The notes under the pieces: generated by a model
The model's input: the letters and a program-made list of their open reading frames with translations, nothing else
The model's database searches: none
What the model was told of the DNA's origin: nothing
Translations under genes and position numbers: made by a program
Part shown: positions 19,379 through 29,364 of the stretch, piece by piece
How the letters are laid out: every line of letters starts with the position of its first letter
Numbering within the stretch: the first letter of the stretch is position 1
NCBI GenBank assembly: GCA_004297735.1
Contig: SCTI01000002.1
Span: 350,180-414,179 of the forward strand
Reading direction: 5' to 3'
DNA from: Patescibacteria group bacterium
GTDB lineage: Bacteria > Patescibacteriota > Saccharimonadia > UBA4664 > SCTI01
Length of the DNA stretch: 64,000 bases

Positions 19379-22300
19379 TTGTTACATTTTGGAGATAATC
19401 GGTTGGACGATAATCGTTTGCAACAATCTGGATTGCAGGCTTCATCTCCGACACCAAACACCCCGCCTGGCGCGGGTCCTTTGGCGTACCAAAATGCGCC
19501 AGCAGCGCCGGCCGTTCCTGCTGCTGCACCAACATCAGCCCCTCGCCCCGCAGCCAAGACCAAGTTTGATCAGTACACCACCCCAAGCGTTAAAACCATT
19601 CCCGAATCAAAGCGCGCCGAACTAGAAAAGCTCAGTCGCCCCCGCCTTAATCGAATTAGATTAATCTTAACTATTCTGGTCATTATACTGGTGCTGGCAA
19701 TGGTCATACCGGTGACCTATATGGTGATTGATGCTATTCGGGCCGGACAGTCTAAGCAGTCGTCCCAAGATAAAAAGGGTGGGGAGTATGTGGTGACATC
19801 GATACCGCTAAGTGATTTGGTTAAAGCCGGGGATATTAGCATAAGCGATAGCCGACAGGTAAATATTAACGGTCAGCTGCGCGTTAATAACTCCTTAATC
19901 ATTGCCCCGAGCCAAGAGCCGGTTAACCCGGTTCAGGGACAACTCTATCTTAACCAGCAGACCAACCAGCTGTACTACTACAACGGTACCCAGTTTGTAG
20001 ATGTGGTGACCGGCGCCCAAATTGCTCAGTTAAATGCCGCAATTACGGCCAATAGCGCCCAAACCATTACCGTCGGAGCCGGTTTGCAACGAGTAGGGAA
20101 TGAGCTGATTAACACCGGCGTACTGGCTTTGCCACAAGCTTTGGACGTGGTCAGCTCCCCGACCTTTGGTGGCTTAAACCTCAGCTCGGCACTGGCGGTT
20201 GGTAACGGGGGAACCGGATCGGCCACTGCGGCGGGCGCACGGGTTAATCTGGGGGCGGCAGCGAGTGGCGCCAACACCGACATCACCAGCTTAGGAGCCC
20301 TAACTGCCGTCAGCCCTACGGCGGGTGTAACCTATAATTTCAACTCAGATCCGGCCGGCACCTACCAGTTCTGTACCACCGCTGGCAACTGCTCGGTCGT
20401 TAACGGTATAACCGGTACCGGCACCGCTGGTAGGCTGGCCAAGTTCTCCGGCTCTCAGGTTGTGGCCGACTCACTGCTCAGCGAAACCGGCACTACCGCG
20501 ACTGTAAACGGTGATCTGGCTGTAACCGGTAACATTTCTGGTAACGGCGCCAACATAACCAGCCTGAGCGCTAGCAATATCAGCACTGGAACGCTTAGCG
20601 ATAGCCGACTCAGCAGTAATGTGGCGCTACTCAATCGCAACAATCAGACCTTTACCGGCACCAACCATGTTTTACGCAATAGCAGCAACACCGGTAACGC
20701 TTTTCAGGTTCAAGATGCTAGCGGCAGCAACGTCTTTAATGTAGATACAATTACGCATGACATCACCACCGATTATGGCAACCTTTACATCAATGCTCTT
20801 GGTACCGTTAGCCCAACACTGTCCTCAAGTGGCAGTGGGGGAACGCTGACGGCTGCAACCTATTACTATCGGGTTTCGGCGTATAGCGCTGGCAGTCAGC
20901 TATCGGGCGCAATCGATACCACGCCCTCTTCGGCAACGACTACGGGGTCAACCAGCAGAAACATGATCAGCTGGTCGGCAGTTAGTGGAGCCGCCGGCTA
21001 CTATATTTATCGCTCAACCGATGGAGGTGCGACTTATCGTCGAATTGACGTTGGCAATGTGACCTCGGCAATCGATAACGGCACAACCTACACCTGGACC
21101 GGAGCGGATTACAGTGGTGACAAGTGGTTCAACTATACCGGCAACATCTACCTTGAGCATGGCGCAGGGGTTAACTTTAATTCTGGTAATGCCCAAATCG
21201 CTGAGGATTTGAGGGGAGAGCTAGAGATTGCCAACTATAATACAGGTGGCCTTTCGGGCGGGGTAGCGGTGTATTCAGATTATTTTGGCGTATACGACAC
21301 AACCGATTATCACACCAATCTGTATATGGATCGTGATGGTAAAACTACATTTTCAAATCGAGTAGATTCGACGGCTGGGTTCTTGGTTCAGGATGCGGCG
21401 GGTGGCAACCTGCTGGTGGTAGATACATTAAATCAGCAGTTGGCGGTGGGCCCGTCAGCAGTGCCAGGCAATAGTGTGCTGACGGTGGGTGGCGATACCA
21501 CGAGTTCTGCTGGCGGCATCACTTTGGGCACCGATACCAACCTTTACCGGAGTGCAGCCAATACTGTTAAAACGGATGGCAATTTACAGGCTACTGGATC
21601 GGCGGCTTTTGGAAGCACCGCAACAATATTAAATACTGGCGCGCAGCGGGCGACTGTAAATATCGATGAAAGTTATGCCGACACAACCGGCGTGTCGACT
21701 GTTAATGGGCTCAATTCCACTGTAACGGTAAATTCACCCTCCGCAAATAACACCGGCTTTCTTGGTCTTGATAGTGTGGTGTTGCTGGACGGAGATAGCA
21801 ATTATACTGGCTCGGCTATCGGGTCGTATAGCTATGTTCAGAAAACTGGGGCAGGCACGGCAAGCTGGCTTAACGGAGCCGAGCACGATGTTTATAACTA
21901 CAGCACCGGGACCGTAGCCAATGGGGTGGGTGTGTTTGGATACCTCAACCAGGCTAGTGATGCAGGCACCATTACTAACGGCAACGGTGTGTGGGGGCAG
22001 TCTGAGATAAGTGGGGCCGGTTCAATTCAGAACGCCAGTGGTTTAATTGGGGCGGTTTATAACTATGGAACCGGCACCATTACGAGTGGCTACGGGTTAC
22101 TGGTTAAGCCTGCCACTAATAGTGGTGGCGGCTCATTTGCCAATAATTATGGTGTTTACATTAATGACCAGTCAGCCGTTGGATCGACGAGTAGCTACAA
22201 CTTGTACTCGGCTGGGGCTAACGCTAAAAACTACCTTGCTGGTAAGTTACAGGTTGGCAGTAGCAATACAGCCTCTCGCGTTAACATTGGCACCGATACC

Positions 22301-22861
22301 GATACCACCTCGGCAGGAGGGATTACCTTTGGCACCGATACCAACCTGTATCGCGGGGCAGCCAATCAATTAAAGACCGACGATACGGTACAGATTAAGA
22401 CGGCCTCCGACTCAACCACCGCCTTCCAGGTTCAAAATGCTAGTGGCACCGCGCTGCTAACTGCCGATACTAGCGGAATGACCATAACGGTACAAGCCCT
22501 GACGGTAACCGCTAACTTAACGGTTAATGGGCATTTAATTACTGGCGGGAGCACGCCATCGGCGGCGGTTAATGCCAATGCTGGTGTTGGGGCAAGCTGT
22601 ACGGTAAGCGGCACCGATACCGCCGGTACGATTACGGTTACGACTGGGTCGAGCGGGGTGGTGGCCGGTACGCAGTGCGCTATTACTTTTGCCACCAACT
22701 TCGGCTCGGCTCCACGAGTGGTGCTAGGGGCTTCGAGCGCCGGCGCTGGTCCACTTGATCCTTATGTCGCGAGTAGCGCAACCAACACGTTTAGTATTGG
22801 AGTGGGTACCGCTGGCGCCACCGGCACGGCCTATAAGTTTGATTATGTGGCGGCCCAGTAA
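19379..22861 (+). CDS. Giant membrane-anchored surface/fibre-like protein (1160 aa)
   Basis: Pro-rich N-terminus, single TM (LILTILVIILVLAMVIPV), long G/T/S/N-rich beta region with internal repeats and an FN3-like module. Confidence 0.8.
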   Translation: MLHFGDNRLDDNRLQQSGLQASSPTPNTPPGAGPLAYQNAPAAPAVPAAAPTSAPRPAAKTKFDQYTTPSVKTIPESKRAELEKLSRPRLNRIRLILTILVIILVLAMVIPVTYMVIDAIRAGQSKQSSQDKKGGEYVVTSIPLSDLVKAGDISISDSRQVNINGQLRVNNSLIIAPSQEPVNPVQGQLYLNQQTNQLYYYNGTQFVDVVTGAQIAQLNAAITANSAQTITVGAGLQRVGNELINTGVLALPQALDVVSSPTFGGLNLSSALAVGNGGTGSATAAGARVNLGAAASGANTDITSLGALTAVSPTAGVTYNFNSDPAGTYQFCTTAGNCSVVNGITGTGTAGRLAKFSGSQVVADSLLSETGTTATVNGDLAVTGNISGNGANITSLSASNISTGTLSDSRLSSNVALLNRNNQTFTGTNHVLRNSSNTGNAFQVQDASGSNVFNVDTITHDITTDYGNLYINALGTVSPTLSSSGSGGTLTAATYYYRVSAYSAGSQLSGAIDTTPSSATTTGSTSRNMISWSAVSGAAGYYIYRSTDGGATYRRIDVGNVTSAIDNGTTYTWTGADYSGDKWFNYTGNIYLEHGAGVNFNSGNAQIAEDLRGELEIANYNTGGLSGGVAVYSDYFGVYDTTDYHTNLYMDRDGKTTFSNRVDSTAGFLVQDAAGGNLLVVDTLNQQLAVGPSAVPGNSVLTVGGDTTSSAGGITLGTDTNLYRSAANTVKTDGNLQATGSAAFGSTATILNTGAQRATVNIDESYADTTGVSTVNGLNSTVTVNSPSANNTGFLGLDSVVLLDGDSNYTGSAIGSYSYVQKTGAGTASWLNGAEHDVYNYSTGTVANGVGVFGYLNQASDAGTITNGNGVWGQSEISGAGSIQNASGLIGAVYNYGTGTITSGYGLLVKPATNSGGGSFANNYGVYINDQSAVGSTSSYNLYSAGANAKNYLAGKLQVGSSNTASRVNIGTDTDTTSAGGITFGTDTNLYRGAANQLKTDDTVQIKTASDSTTAFQVQNASGTALLTADTSGMTITVQALTVTANLTVNGHLITGGSTPSAAVNANAGVGASCTVSGTDTAGTITVTTGSSGVVAGTQCAITFATNFGSAPRVVLGASSAGAGPLDPYVASSATNTFSIGVGTAGATGTAYKFDYVAAQ

Positions 22862-22886
22862 GAACAAGCAGCCACTCAGACTCAAA

Positions 22887-22919
22887 ATAGTTGACATGTT
22901 AATTATATCTCCATAGATT
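22887..22919 (+). promoter_or_regulatory. Promoter with palindromic operator (probable MarR autoregulation)
   Basis: Imperfect palindrome ATAGTTGACATGTTAATTAT covering TTGACA; TAGATT at 17 nt; ATG 7 nt later. Confidence 0.65.
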
Positions 22920-22926
22920 AGAGGGT

Positions 22927-23385
22927 ATGAACGGAAATAATCAGCAAGTAAATAAGTCGATGAGCTTTAAGCTACATCAGGTGGTTAAGCTGCTTCACCA
23001 TCAGGCTGATGTTATTTTGCAGCAGGAGCTGGGCATTAGCTTTAGCCAGTATCTGGTGCTTAAGGTGACTACGCAGATGGAGGGTCCGTCACAGCGTGAT
23101 GTCGCTGCTTGTCTCGACATTACTCCGGCGGCCATCAGTCGGCACATTGATGGTTTGTGTGAGCGCGGGCTGATGCACAAAGAGGCACAGCCAGATAATC
23201 GAAGGCAGCACAGCTTGCGGTTAACCAGGGTTGGCGTCAGCAAGGCCGAAAGTGCCCAGCGATTACTGAGCGAGCGATTCGACAACTTGATGGCTACCCA
23301 GCTAAATGAGACGGAGATAGCCCAGCTAGAGGTTTCTTTAGATAAGCTGATTGTTGCCCTGCAAAATGATAAATTTCTACACTAA
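22927..23385 (+). CDS. MarR-family transcriptional regulator
   Basis: ISFSQYLVL, SQRDVA...TPAAISRHIDGL, DNRR...LTRVG. Confidence 0.88.
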   Translation: MNGNNQQVNKSMSFKLHQVVKLLHHQADVILQQELGISFSQYLVLKVTTQMEGPSQRDVAACLDITPAAISRHIDGLCERGLMHKEAQPDNRRQHSLRLTRVGVSKAESAQRLLSERFDNLMATQLNETEIAQLEVSLDKLIVALQNDKFLH

Positions 23386-23397
23386 CGAGGAGAAAAC

Positions 23398-26300
23398 ATG
23401 AGTACCGAAAAACAGCCGCAATATAACTGGGTCGCCCGCTTGACCGGGTTCTTTTTAAGGAACACCCAGATTGCTATTGTGCTGTTTTTGGTAATTGTGG
23501 TGAGCGGGCTGGTTTCGCTATTAAGCTTGCAGCGAGAAGGATTTCCGCAGGTGCCGGTTAAGGTAGCGGTAATTCAGACCGTATATAAAGGGGCTGCCCC
23601 CGCCGAGATTGAGCGAAGTGTCACCAACCCAATCGAGACCGCGCTCAAGGGCAACAACAACATCAAGGAGCTTAGCTCACAGTCGCGTGATAGTGCCTCG
23701 GTAATTACGGCCACAATTGAGCCAAGTGCCGATTTGGACTCGGCGATACAAGAGATTAACGGTAAGGTAGCGGCGGTTCAACTACCGAACGATGCCGAAA
23801 AGCCAAGCGTGTTTCAGCCCGCTACCGGTGGAGCCGCTTTCACCTATGGGCTAACCGGCGGATCAACTCTCGACCTACTTAAGCAGGGCCGCATCTTTGA
23901 GCAAGAGATGAGCCAGGTAAAGGGGGTGAAAGAGGTTAAGGCCGATGTTAACGCTGAGGCTGAGGTTGAGGTAACATTCGATACCGTCAAGCTGGTGGCT
24001 AACGGTGTTGATATTAGTAAGATAAGCGACACAGTGGCGGCGTCTAATGTTAACATTCCGGCCGGACAGGTCACCGCCGGTTCGGTCAACTCAACCGTTA
24101 TTATGGCTGGACGGCTGGAGTCGCTGGAGCAACTACAGGAGGTTCGCTTGCCAACTGCTGGTGGTGGGGTGGTCCGCTTGGGCGACGTGGCAACGGTGAG
24201 TCAGCGGGTGAATAAGGACGATCAGTTGACTCGCTTTGGTTACCAAAAAGAGGGTAAGCCGGTTGGCGTTGAAGGTTTGACCTACAGCATTCAGCTGCGT
24301 GACGACGCCGATATCTTACAGGTTGATGGAGAGCTGCAAAAGGCGGTCGAACGGCTAAAGCAAGACAAGATCATTGCCGAGAACGTAGAGGTGGTACGGC
24401 TGTATGATCAGGCTGAATCAACGCGTCAGCAGATTCACGAGATCGTGGCCGGTGCCTTTGGTGAGCATTGGGAGAATATTGGCTGGTTTGGGCTGGCCGG
24501 ATTCTTGTTTGGTGGTATTTGGCTGCTAGCCATTGCCATGGCGGTGTTTGTAAACGTTCGAGCGGCTTTGGTGGCCGCCATATCGGTGCCATTAAGCTTT
24601 TTTGTGACGGTGACAACGCTGTATGTCGGCGGGGTGACGCTTAATACCCTAACGCTGTTTTCGATGATTCTGGTGCTTGGTTTGGTGGTTGATCCGGTGA
24701 TTGTGGTGCTCGAGGCGCTACAGCGCTATAAAGACCGTGGTTATCAAGGAATTGAGGCGGCCATGCGAGCGGTCGATAGTGTGGGTCTGGGCGTACTGAT
24801 GGCGGTATTAATTTCAACAATCGTGTTCATTCCATTTGGTATTGTATCGGGTGTGTTTGGCGAGATTATCCGCTTTATTCCGATCACGGTGATCCCGGCC
24901 TTAGTGGCATCCTTCTTTGTACCAATTCTGTTTTTAACCGCGATTGGCAATCGAGTACTTAAATCGCATCACAAAGACGGTGAGGATACCAGCGAAGAAG
25001 CTTCGCTGTGGCGAGTTAGTTTGTGGTTCCAGCGGACCAACCGCTCAATCTTAAAGCGTTGGCCGCTACAAGTGGCGATCATCGCCGTGGCGGCGGTTCT
25101 ACCAATCGCAATTGCCGGGTTCCTGTTTGGCACCGGCCGGATTGAAAGCGTTCAGTTTTCGAAGCCGGATGATACCGAAGCCTTAACCGTGACGGTCAGC
25201 TACCCTGCCGCCCGTAGCACGGCGTCGGTTGAGCAGCTGGCTCAAAAAACCGAGCAAGCATTGAGCGATCATGGAGAGATTCGGAGTTACCTGTACCAGC
25301 AGCAATCGCCGGGGAGCTTTACAATCCTGGCCAACCTAACTCCTCCTAGCGAGCGTGAGCGTAAGTCCACCGAGATTGTTGATGATATTCGCGGCGAGCT
25401 ACCCAGTGAGCCGGGACAGGTTTACGCTAGCGCCGAAACGCTGGGAAGCGGCACGCCGGTACCGGAGTTTCCGGTACAGCTTCAGGTTTACGATAACGAC
25501 CAAAAGAAGTTAAAAGACTTTTCGGTTGCTGCCGGCGAGTACTTGCGCGGGGTTGAGGGGGTTAAGCGAGTTTCGGATGGCTACACCGATGGCGATCCAG
25601 CTCAAATCACGGTTACTCCTAATATTGCTTCTTTGGCGGCGGTTGGTTTGACGCCCGCCAGCTTTGGCGGACAGATTGCCGGTGTGATTGGTGAGCAGGA
25701 TCTGACCAAACTCCAGCTTGATAGCGGCGAGGTAGCGGTTATGGGCCATTACAGTAACGGAGCCAAGCCGGCCACCGAAAGCGATATTGCCGCCTTGACC
25801 GTTAGTACGCCAAGTGGTCCGGTTGCGGTTGGCAGTGTGGCTACGGTTACGTCTGCACCAGGTATTGGCTCAATCAACCATTTTAACGGCAATCGTTTTG
25901 CTACGGTTAAGGCCCAGCTGAATGAAGGTGTTGATCAGTTTGCAGTACAGGAAAAGCTAAACACTTGGGCAAAAGATAATCGCGAACGCTTTGGCCTGCT
26001 CGAGGATGCATTTGAGTCAAAGGGCGAAGGTGACGAAATTGTTAAGTCGTTCCAAGAGCTGTTTGTGGCGTTGGGCGCGGCTATCTTGCTTACCTACGTG
26101 GTGCTGGCACTGTTCTTCCGCTCCTTCTTGCAGCCACTAATTATCACCTTTGCGGTGCCGCTCAGCTTTATTGGGGTGTTCCCGGCGCTATATTGGTTTG
26201 GCGGCGGTCAGTTTGGCTTTTTGGAGATCTTGGGCATGATCACCCTGGTCGGAATCGTGGAGAATGTTGGTATCTTTGTGATCGACTATGCCAACCGTCG

Positions 26301-26589
26301 GGTTAAGGAGGGGATGGATCATCGTGATGCAATCGCACTTGCCACCGCGGTCAGGTTCCGGCCAATCTTCCTGACCAAGGTGTGTGCGTTGGGTTCGTTG
26401 TTGCCCCTGGCGATCATTAGCCCATTTTGGCGCGGCTTGGCGGCGGTGATTGTGGCCGGTATCTTAACCTCCGGCATTACATCGCTGTTTACCACACCAA
26501 TTTTGTACCATTGGGTTGAAAGCTTTACCGCTTGGCGCCACCGTTTTGGTTCACGCATATCGGCTCGTTGGCGCCGTCGTAACGCCTAG
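23398..26589 (+). CDS. RND efflux transporter permease (AcrB/SwrC-like)
   Basis: EGFP...GAAPAEIERSVTNPIE, LNTLTLFSMILVLGLVVD, RFRPIFLT; duplicated 12-TM layout. Confidence 0.9.
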   Translation: MSTEKQPQYNWVARLTGFFLRNTQIAIVLFLVIVVSGLVSLLSLQREGFPQVPVKVAVIQTVYKGAAPAEIERSVTNPIETALKGNNNIKELSSQSRDSASVITATIEPSADLDSAIQEINGKVAAVQLPNDAEKPSVFQPATGGAAFTYGLTGGSTLDLLKQGRIFEQEMSQVKGVKEVKADVNAEAEVEVTFDTVKLVANGVDISKISDTVAASNVNIPAGQVTAGSVNSTVIMAGRLESLEQLQEVRLPTAGGGVVRLGDVATVSQRVNKDDQLTRFGYQKEGKPVGVEGLTYSIQLRDDADILQVDGELQKAVERLKQDKIIAENVEVVRLYDQAESTRQQIHEIVAGAFGEHWENIGWFGLAGFLFGGIWLLAIAMAVFVNVRAALVAAISVPLSFFVTVTTLYVGGVTLNTLTLFSMILVLGLVVDPVIVVLEALQRYKDRGYQGIEAAMRAVDSVGLGVLMAVLISTIVFIPFGIVSGVFGEIIRFIPITVIPALVASFFVPILFLTAIGNRVLKSHHKDGEDTSEEASLWRVSLWFQRTNRSILKRWPLQVAIIAVAAVLPIAIAGFLFGTGRIESVQFSKPDDTEALTVTVSYPAARSTASVEQLAQKTEQALSDHGEIRSYLYQQQSPGSFTILANLTPPSERERKSTEIVDDIRGELPSEPGQVYASAETLGSGTPVPEFPVQLQVYDNDQKKLKDFSVAAGEYLRGVEGVKRVSDGYTDGDPAQITVTPNIASLAAVGLTPASFGGQIAGVIGEQDLTKLQLDSGEVAVMGHYSNGAKPATESDIAALTVSTPSGPVAVGSVATVTSAPGIGSINHFNGNRFATVKAQLNEGVDQFAVQEKLNTWAKDNRERFGLLEDAFESKGEGDEIVKSFQELFVALGAAILLTYVVLALFFRSFLQPLIITFAVPLSFIGVFPALYWFGGGQFGFLEILGMITLVGIVENVGIFVIDYANRRVKEGMDHRDAIALATAVRFRPIFLTKVCALGSLLPLAIISPFWRGLAAVIVAGILTSGITSLFTTPILYHWVESFTAWRHRFGSRISARWRRRNA

Positions 26590-26631
26590 GCTTACTTTAC
26601 AAAGACTTAGCCTGGCTTTAGGCTAATATCA

Positions 26632-27213
26632 ATGAAGGCACGTTACTTTTTTATAGCATCGGCAGTAGCCCTGGTGGTGGCGGTAAATTTTTTAATCCAG
26701 TATCAGCGTTCGATTAATGCTACCGCTCGTCAGGTTAAGGCCGATGATGTGGCCGCTGCGCCAACCGATACGTCAATGCTGGCGCTACAGAAGCGCGTGG
26801 AGTCGCATATGGGCACCTCGGTGGCGATTGTGCTGGAGGGCAGCTACCAGCGGGCGGTTGATGCTGCTCAGGCGGCAGCTAGCCCCCAGGCTAACGCCAG
26901 TGTGTATGCTCAGGCCCAGGCAGCCTGTGCTAAAAGCGGGGATTCGATAAAGCAGTCGAAGTGTGTCACCAATTACGTCAACAGTCATTCGGCGCCGGCG
27001 GCCAACCCTCAGCCAATGGTGATGCCGGATAAAGCGGCTTATACCAAGAGCTTTCATGGATCGAGCTGGACGATGGACGGAACCGGGATCGCGTTGCTAG
27101 TGGCAATGTTGTGTGCCGGTTGGGGACTGTTCTTGCTTGCTCAACCTAAGCGCCATACTCATCCTCAGCGGTATGAGCACCAGGTTTACCGGGGCCCTAA
27201 CCCAAGGTTGTAA
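26632..27213 (+). CDS. Hypothetical membrane protein (2 TMs, Cys pair)
   Basis: N- and C-terminal hydrophobic helices. Confidence 0.65.
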   Translation: MKARYFFIASAVALVVAVNFLIQYQRSINATARQVKADDVAAAPTDTSMLALQKRVESHMGTSVAIVLEGSYQRAVDAAQAAASPQANASVYAQAQAACAKSGDSIKQSKCVTNYVNSHSAPAANPQPMVMPDKAAYTKSFHGSSWTMDGTGIALLVAMLCAGWGLFLLAQPKRHTHPQRYEHQVYRGPNPRL

Positions 27214-27221
27214 GAGCGCTA

Positions 27222-27722
27222 TTACTTGGTGTAGTCGCGGATTGCCTTGGTGACCTTACCGTCTTCTTTGAGGTTTTCCCAGAACAGTACTTGATCACGA
27301 GAGATGTACATGGCATCTTCGGGGCCGTGCAGCTCATTACCAAGCTTGGCTAGTGATACCTGAGGCTGCTTGCTTTGGTCGTTTTTGGCGGCATCGGGTT
27401 GGACCGACTGCTGTACCTGCAAGTAGTAAATATCGCTCAGGCGGAGGTAGTTGTTGTTGACTTGCTTGAGTTTACCGAAGTAAACCTGTCCGTTAGCCAA
27501 GAAAACGGCTTGGTACTGCTTGCTGTTAACCTGAACGTTGTTGCTCAGGCTCCCGGCCAGGCGGACGCCCAAATAGGTAATCAGGCTGATCGCGGCCACA
27601 ATTAAAACAACGATTAAGGTGTTTTCGAGAAAGCTGCGGCGAACTCGGCCGCCGTTTGAGCTGCGGACATGAGTCGTTGCTTTGGTATTATCTAGATTAT
27701 TACTGTTTCGACGTAGTTCCAT
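27222..27722 (-). CDS. Membrane-anchored protein with an Sm-like beta domain
   Basis: TM followed by YQAVFLANGQVYFGKL...ELHGPED...VLFWENLK. Confidence 0.7.
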   Translation of the reverse strand: MELRRNSNNLDNTKATTHVRSSNGGRVRRSFLENTLIVVLIVAAISLITYLGVRLAGSLSNNVQVNSKQYQAVFLANGQVYFGKLKQVNNNYLRLSDIYYLQVQQSVQPDAAKNDQSKQPQVSLAKLGNELHGPEDAMYISRDQVLFWENLKEDGKVTKAIRDYTK

Positions 27723-27909
27723 ACCACTCCACTCTTTAGCATTAGCACTATATCAAAGTATAGTAAAACAACCGATTTGATGCAAATTAGCCCTTAACGC
27801 TTAAGGTTAATTTTTCTCGGAGAAAACCGGCTTTTTCAGGTGAGTTTTTATTGACAAAGGAGCAACCATTAGCTTAATCTGAAAACCAGGTTAATTAAGT
27901 GAGGAAAAC

Positions 27910-28107
27910 ATGGCTTACAACCATACGAATTCAAAGGGTCAGACCTATTATCTACACCAGCGCGACGTAACCCTAAAGGGTGGCCGCCAGCAACGTATTT
28001 ACTTCTTTGCCCGCGAGGTCAAGGATGGAGCGATTGACGCATTGCCAGAAGGTTACGTGGTAGTTGAAAACCCACGCACCGGTCTGCCGATCCTCAAGAA
28101 GGGCTAA
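27910..28107 (+). CDS. Small basic hypothetical protein (65 aa)
   Basis: SD GAGG, TTGACA upstream, own terminator; TNSKGQTYYLH...IYFF...LPEGY..ENPRTGLP. Confidence 0.75.
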   Translation: MAYNHTNSKGQTYYLHQRDVTLKGGRQQRIYFFAREVKDGAIDALPEGYVVVENPRTGLPILKKG

Positions 28108-28123
28108 ACCTTTTAGTCCAACT

Positions 28124-28154
28124 ACCAAGACCGCCCAAACGGGCGGTTTTTGGT
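28124..28154 (+). terminator. Intrinsic terminator
   Basis: AAGACCGCCC-AAAC-GGGCGGTTTTT. Confidence 0.75.
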
Positions 28155-28265
28155 TTGGGCTAGCTATTATTTGAACGTTACTCAAAAAGCACTAGACAAC
28201 CGTGGGCAACCGGAGCATAATCGCAACCGGTTTAATAACTGTACCTACCATGCCTAGGAGGGAAG

Positions 28266-29303
28266 ATGCGCCAGCTGTTTGTAGCTGTGGTTTTGTTGTG
28301 CGCGTTGGCCTTCCCGGCAAGCGTACAGGCAGCTCCATACTTCGATTTCGGCGTCCATGATGATGGCGCCGTTGTGTTTAATCGCGACCATCAGCGCCAG
28401 CCGGTGCTGAGGCGGGCGCGTGACATCGGCGCCACCTGGCTCCGCACCATCATCTACCGTGATCGCGTTCAAGGCGGTAACTTTCGGGTTTACCGGCGTT
28501 CGATTCGGGATGTCTACCGCCATCATTTTCACGTTCAAGCGGTAATTGAATGTAGCGGTCAGGCCTGGACACCGGATAGCTTTGCGGCCTACGTCAAACG
28601 GGTGGTGCGGCAGCTCCAACCATTAGTGCGACGCTGGAGTATCTGTAACGAGCCCAATCAACCTGGCTGGCTAACCGCTATACCGGGCTACGATCTACCG
28701 ACCACCTACCGCTGGCTGTACCTTGCCGGCTACAGCGCGGTCAAACAGGTTCAGCCTCAGGCGGCGGTGCTGTTTGGCGAGCTTAGTTCCAACTACTACC
28801 CGCTAGAGTTTATGCGGAAGGTGTTTTGCGATCAGGGCGATTTGGATGGTAATTGCACTCAGCTTAAGACCAGCTGTGTGGCTTACCATCCTTACCAGCA
28901 GGAAAGCCCGCTATCACCCAGTAATGTGCCGTTTACGGTTGGCATTGGCTCGCTTAACTTACTGGTTGATGATCTCGATCAGCTCCATGCAAAAAACCTG
29001 TTAACCACCGCCAATGGCGTTGATCGTCCGCCACTGTGCCTAACCGAGTTCGGCTACCAGAGTCGGGCTCGCGGTATACTGAGGGTCCGTAACGTACCGG
29101 ACGAGGTGCGCAAGCAGCGTTGGCGTGAGGCTTTTAACTTGGTTTGCAAGTCGCCGATCATCAAGCAGATCTTTCTGTATCAGATGCAGTCAGAAGCAAG
29201 GGGCCGGTGGGATACCAGCATCATGAGCCGGAGCGGTCAGCCGGATAAGACCTACTTTGGCATTCGCAGCTGGCGTTATGCTCACCCTGAGTGCATGCGT
29301 TAG
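28266..29303 (+). CDS. Secreted clan GH-A glycoside hydrolase (GH5/GH39-like)
   Basis: Signal peptide (VQA), CNEPN acid/base, AYHPY, LTEFGY nucleophile. Confidence 0.75.
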   Translation: MRQLFVAVVLLCALAFPASVQAAPYFDFGVHDDGAVVFNRDHQRQPVLRRARDIGATWLRTIIYRDRVQGGNFRVYRRSIRDVYRHHFHVQAVIECSGQAWTPDSFAAYVKRVVRQLQPLVRRWSICNEPNQPGWLTAIPGYDLPTTYRWLYLAGYSAVKQVQPQAAVLFGELSSNYYPLEFMRKVFCDQGDLDGNCTQLKTSCVAYHPYQQESPLSPSNVPFTVGIGSLNLLVDDLDQLHAKNLLTTANGVDRPPLCLTEFGYQSRARGILRVRNVPDEVRKQRWREAFNLVCKSPIIKQIFLYQMQSEARGRWDTSIMSRSGQPDKTYFGIRSWRYAHPECMR

Positions 29304-29306
29304 CTT

Positions 29307-29334
29307 ACGGCCACCCCATCTGGGGTGGCCGTTT
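29307..29334 (+). terminator. Intrinsic terminator
   Basis: ACGGCCACCCCA-TC-TGGGGTGGCCGT-TT. Confidence 0.65.
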
Positions 29335-29364
29335 AGATTAGGGGTCTTTACAATTAAAAAATAG

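Noticed and set aside
19224-19625. Short alternative-frame ORFs at the epsilon/fibre junction, and other antisense ORFs inside long genes
   Set aside because: Antisense or out-of-frame shadows of well-supported CDSs, without start signals or motifs
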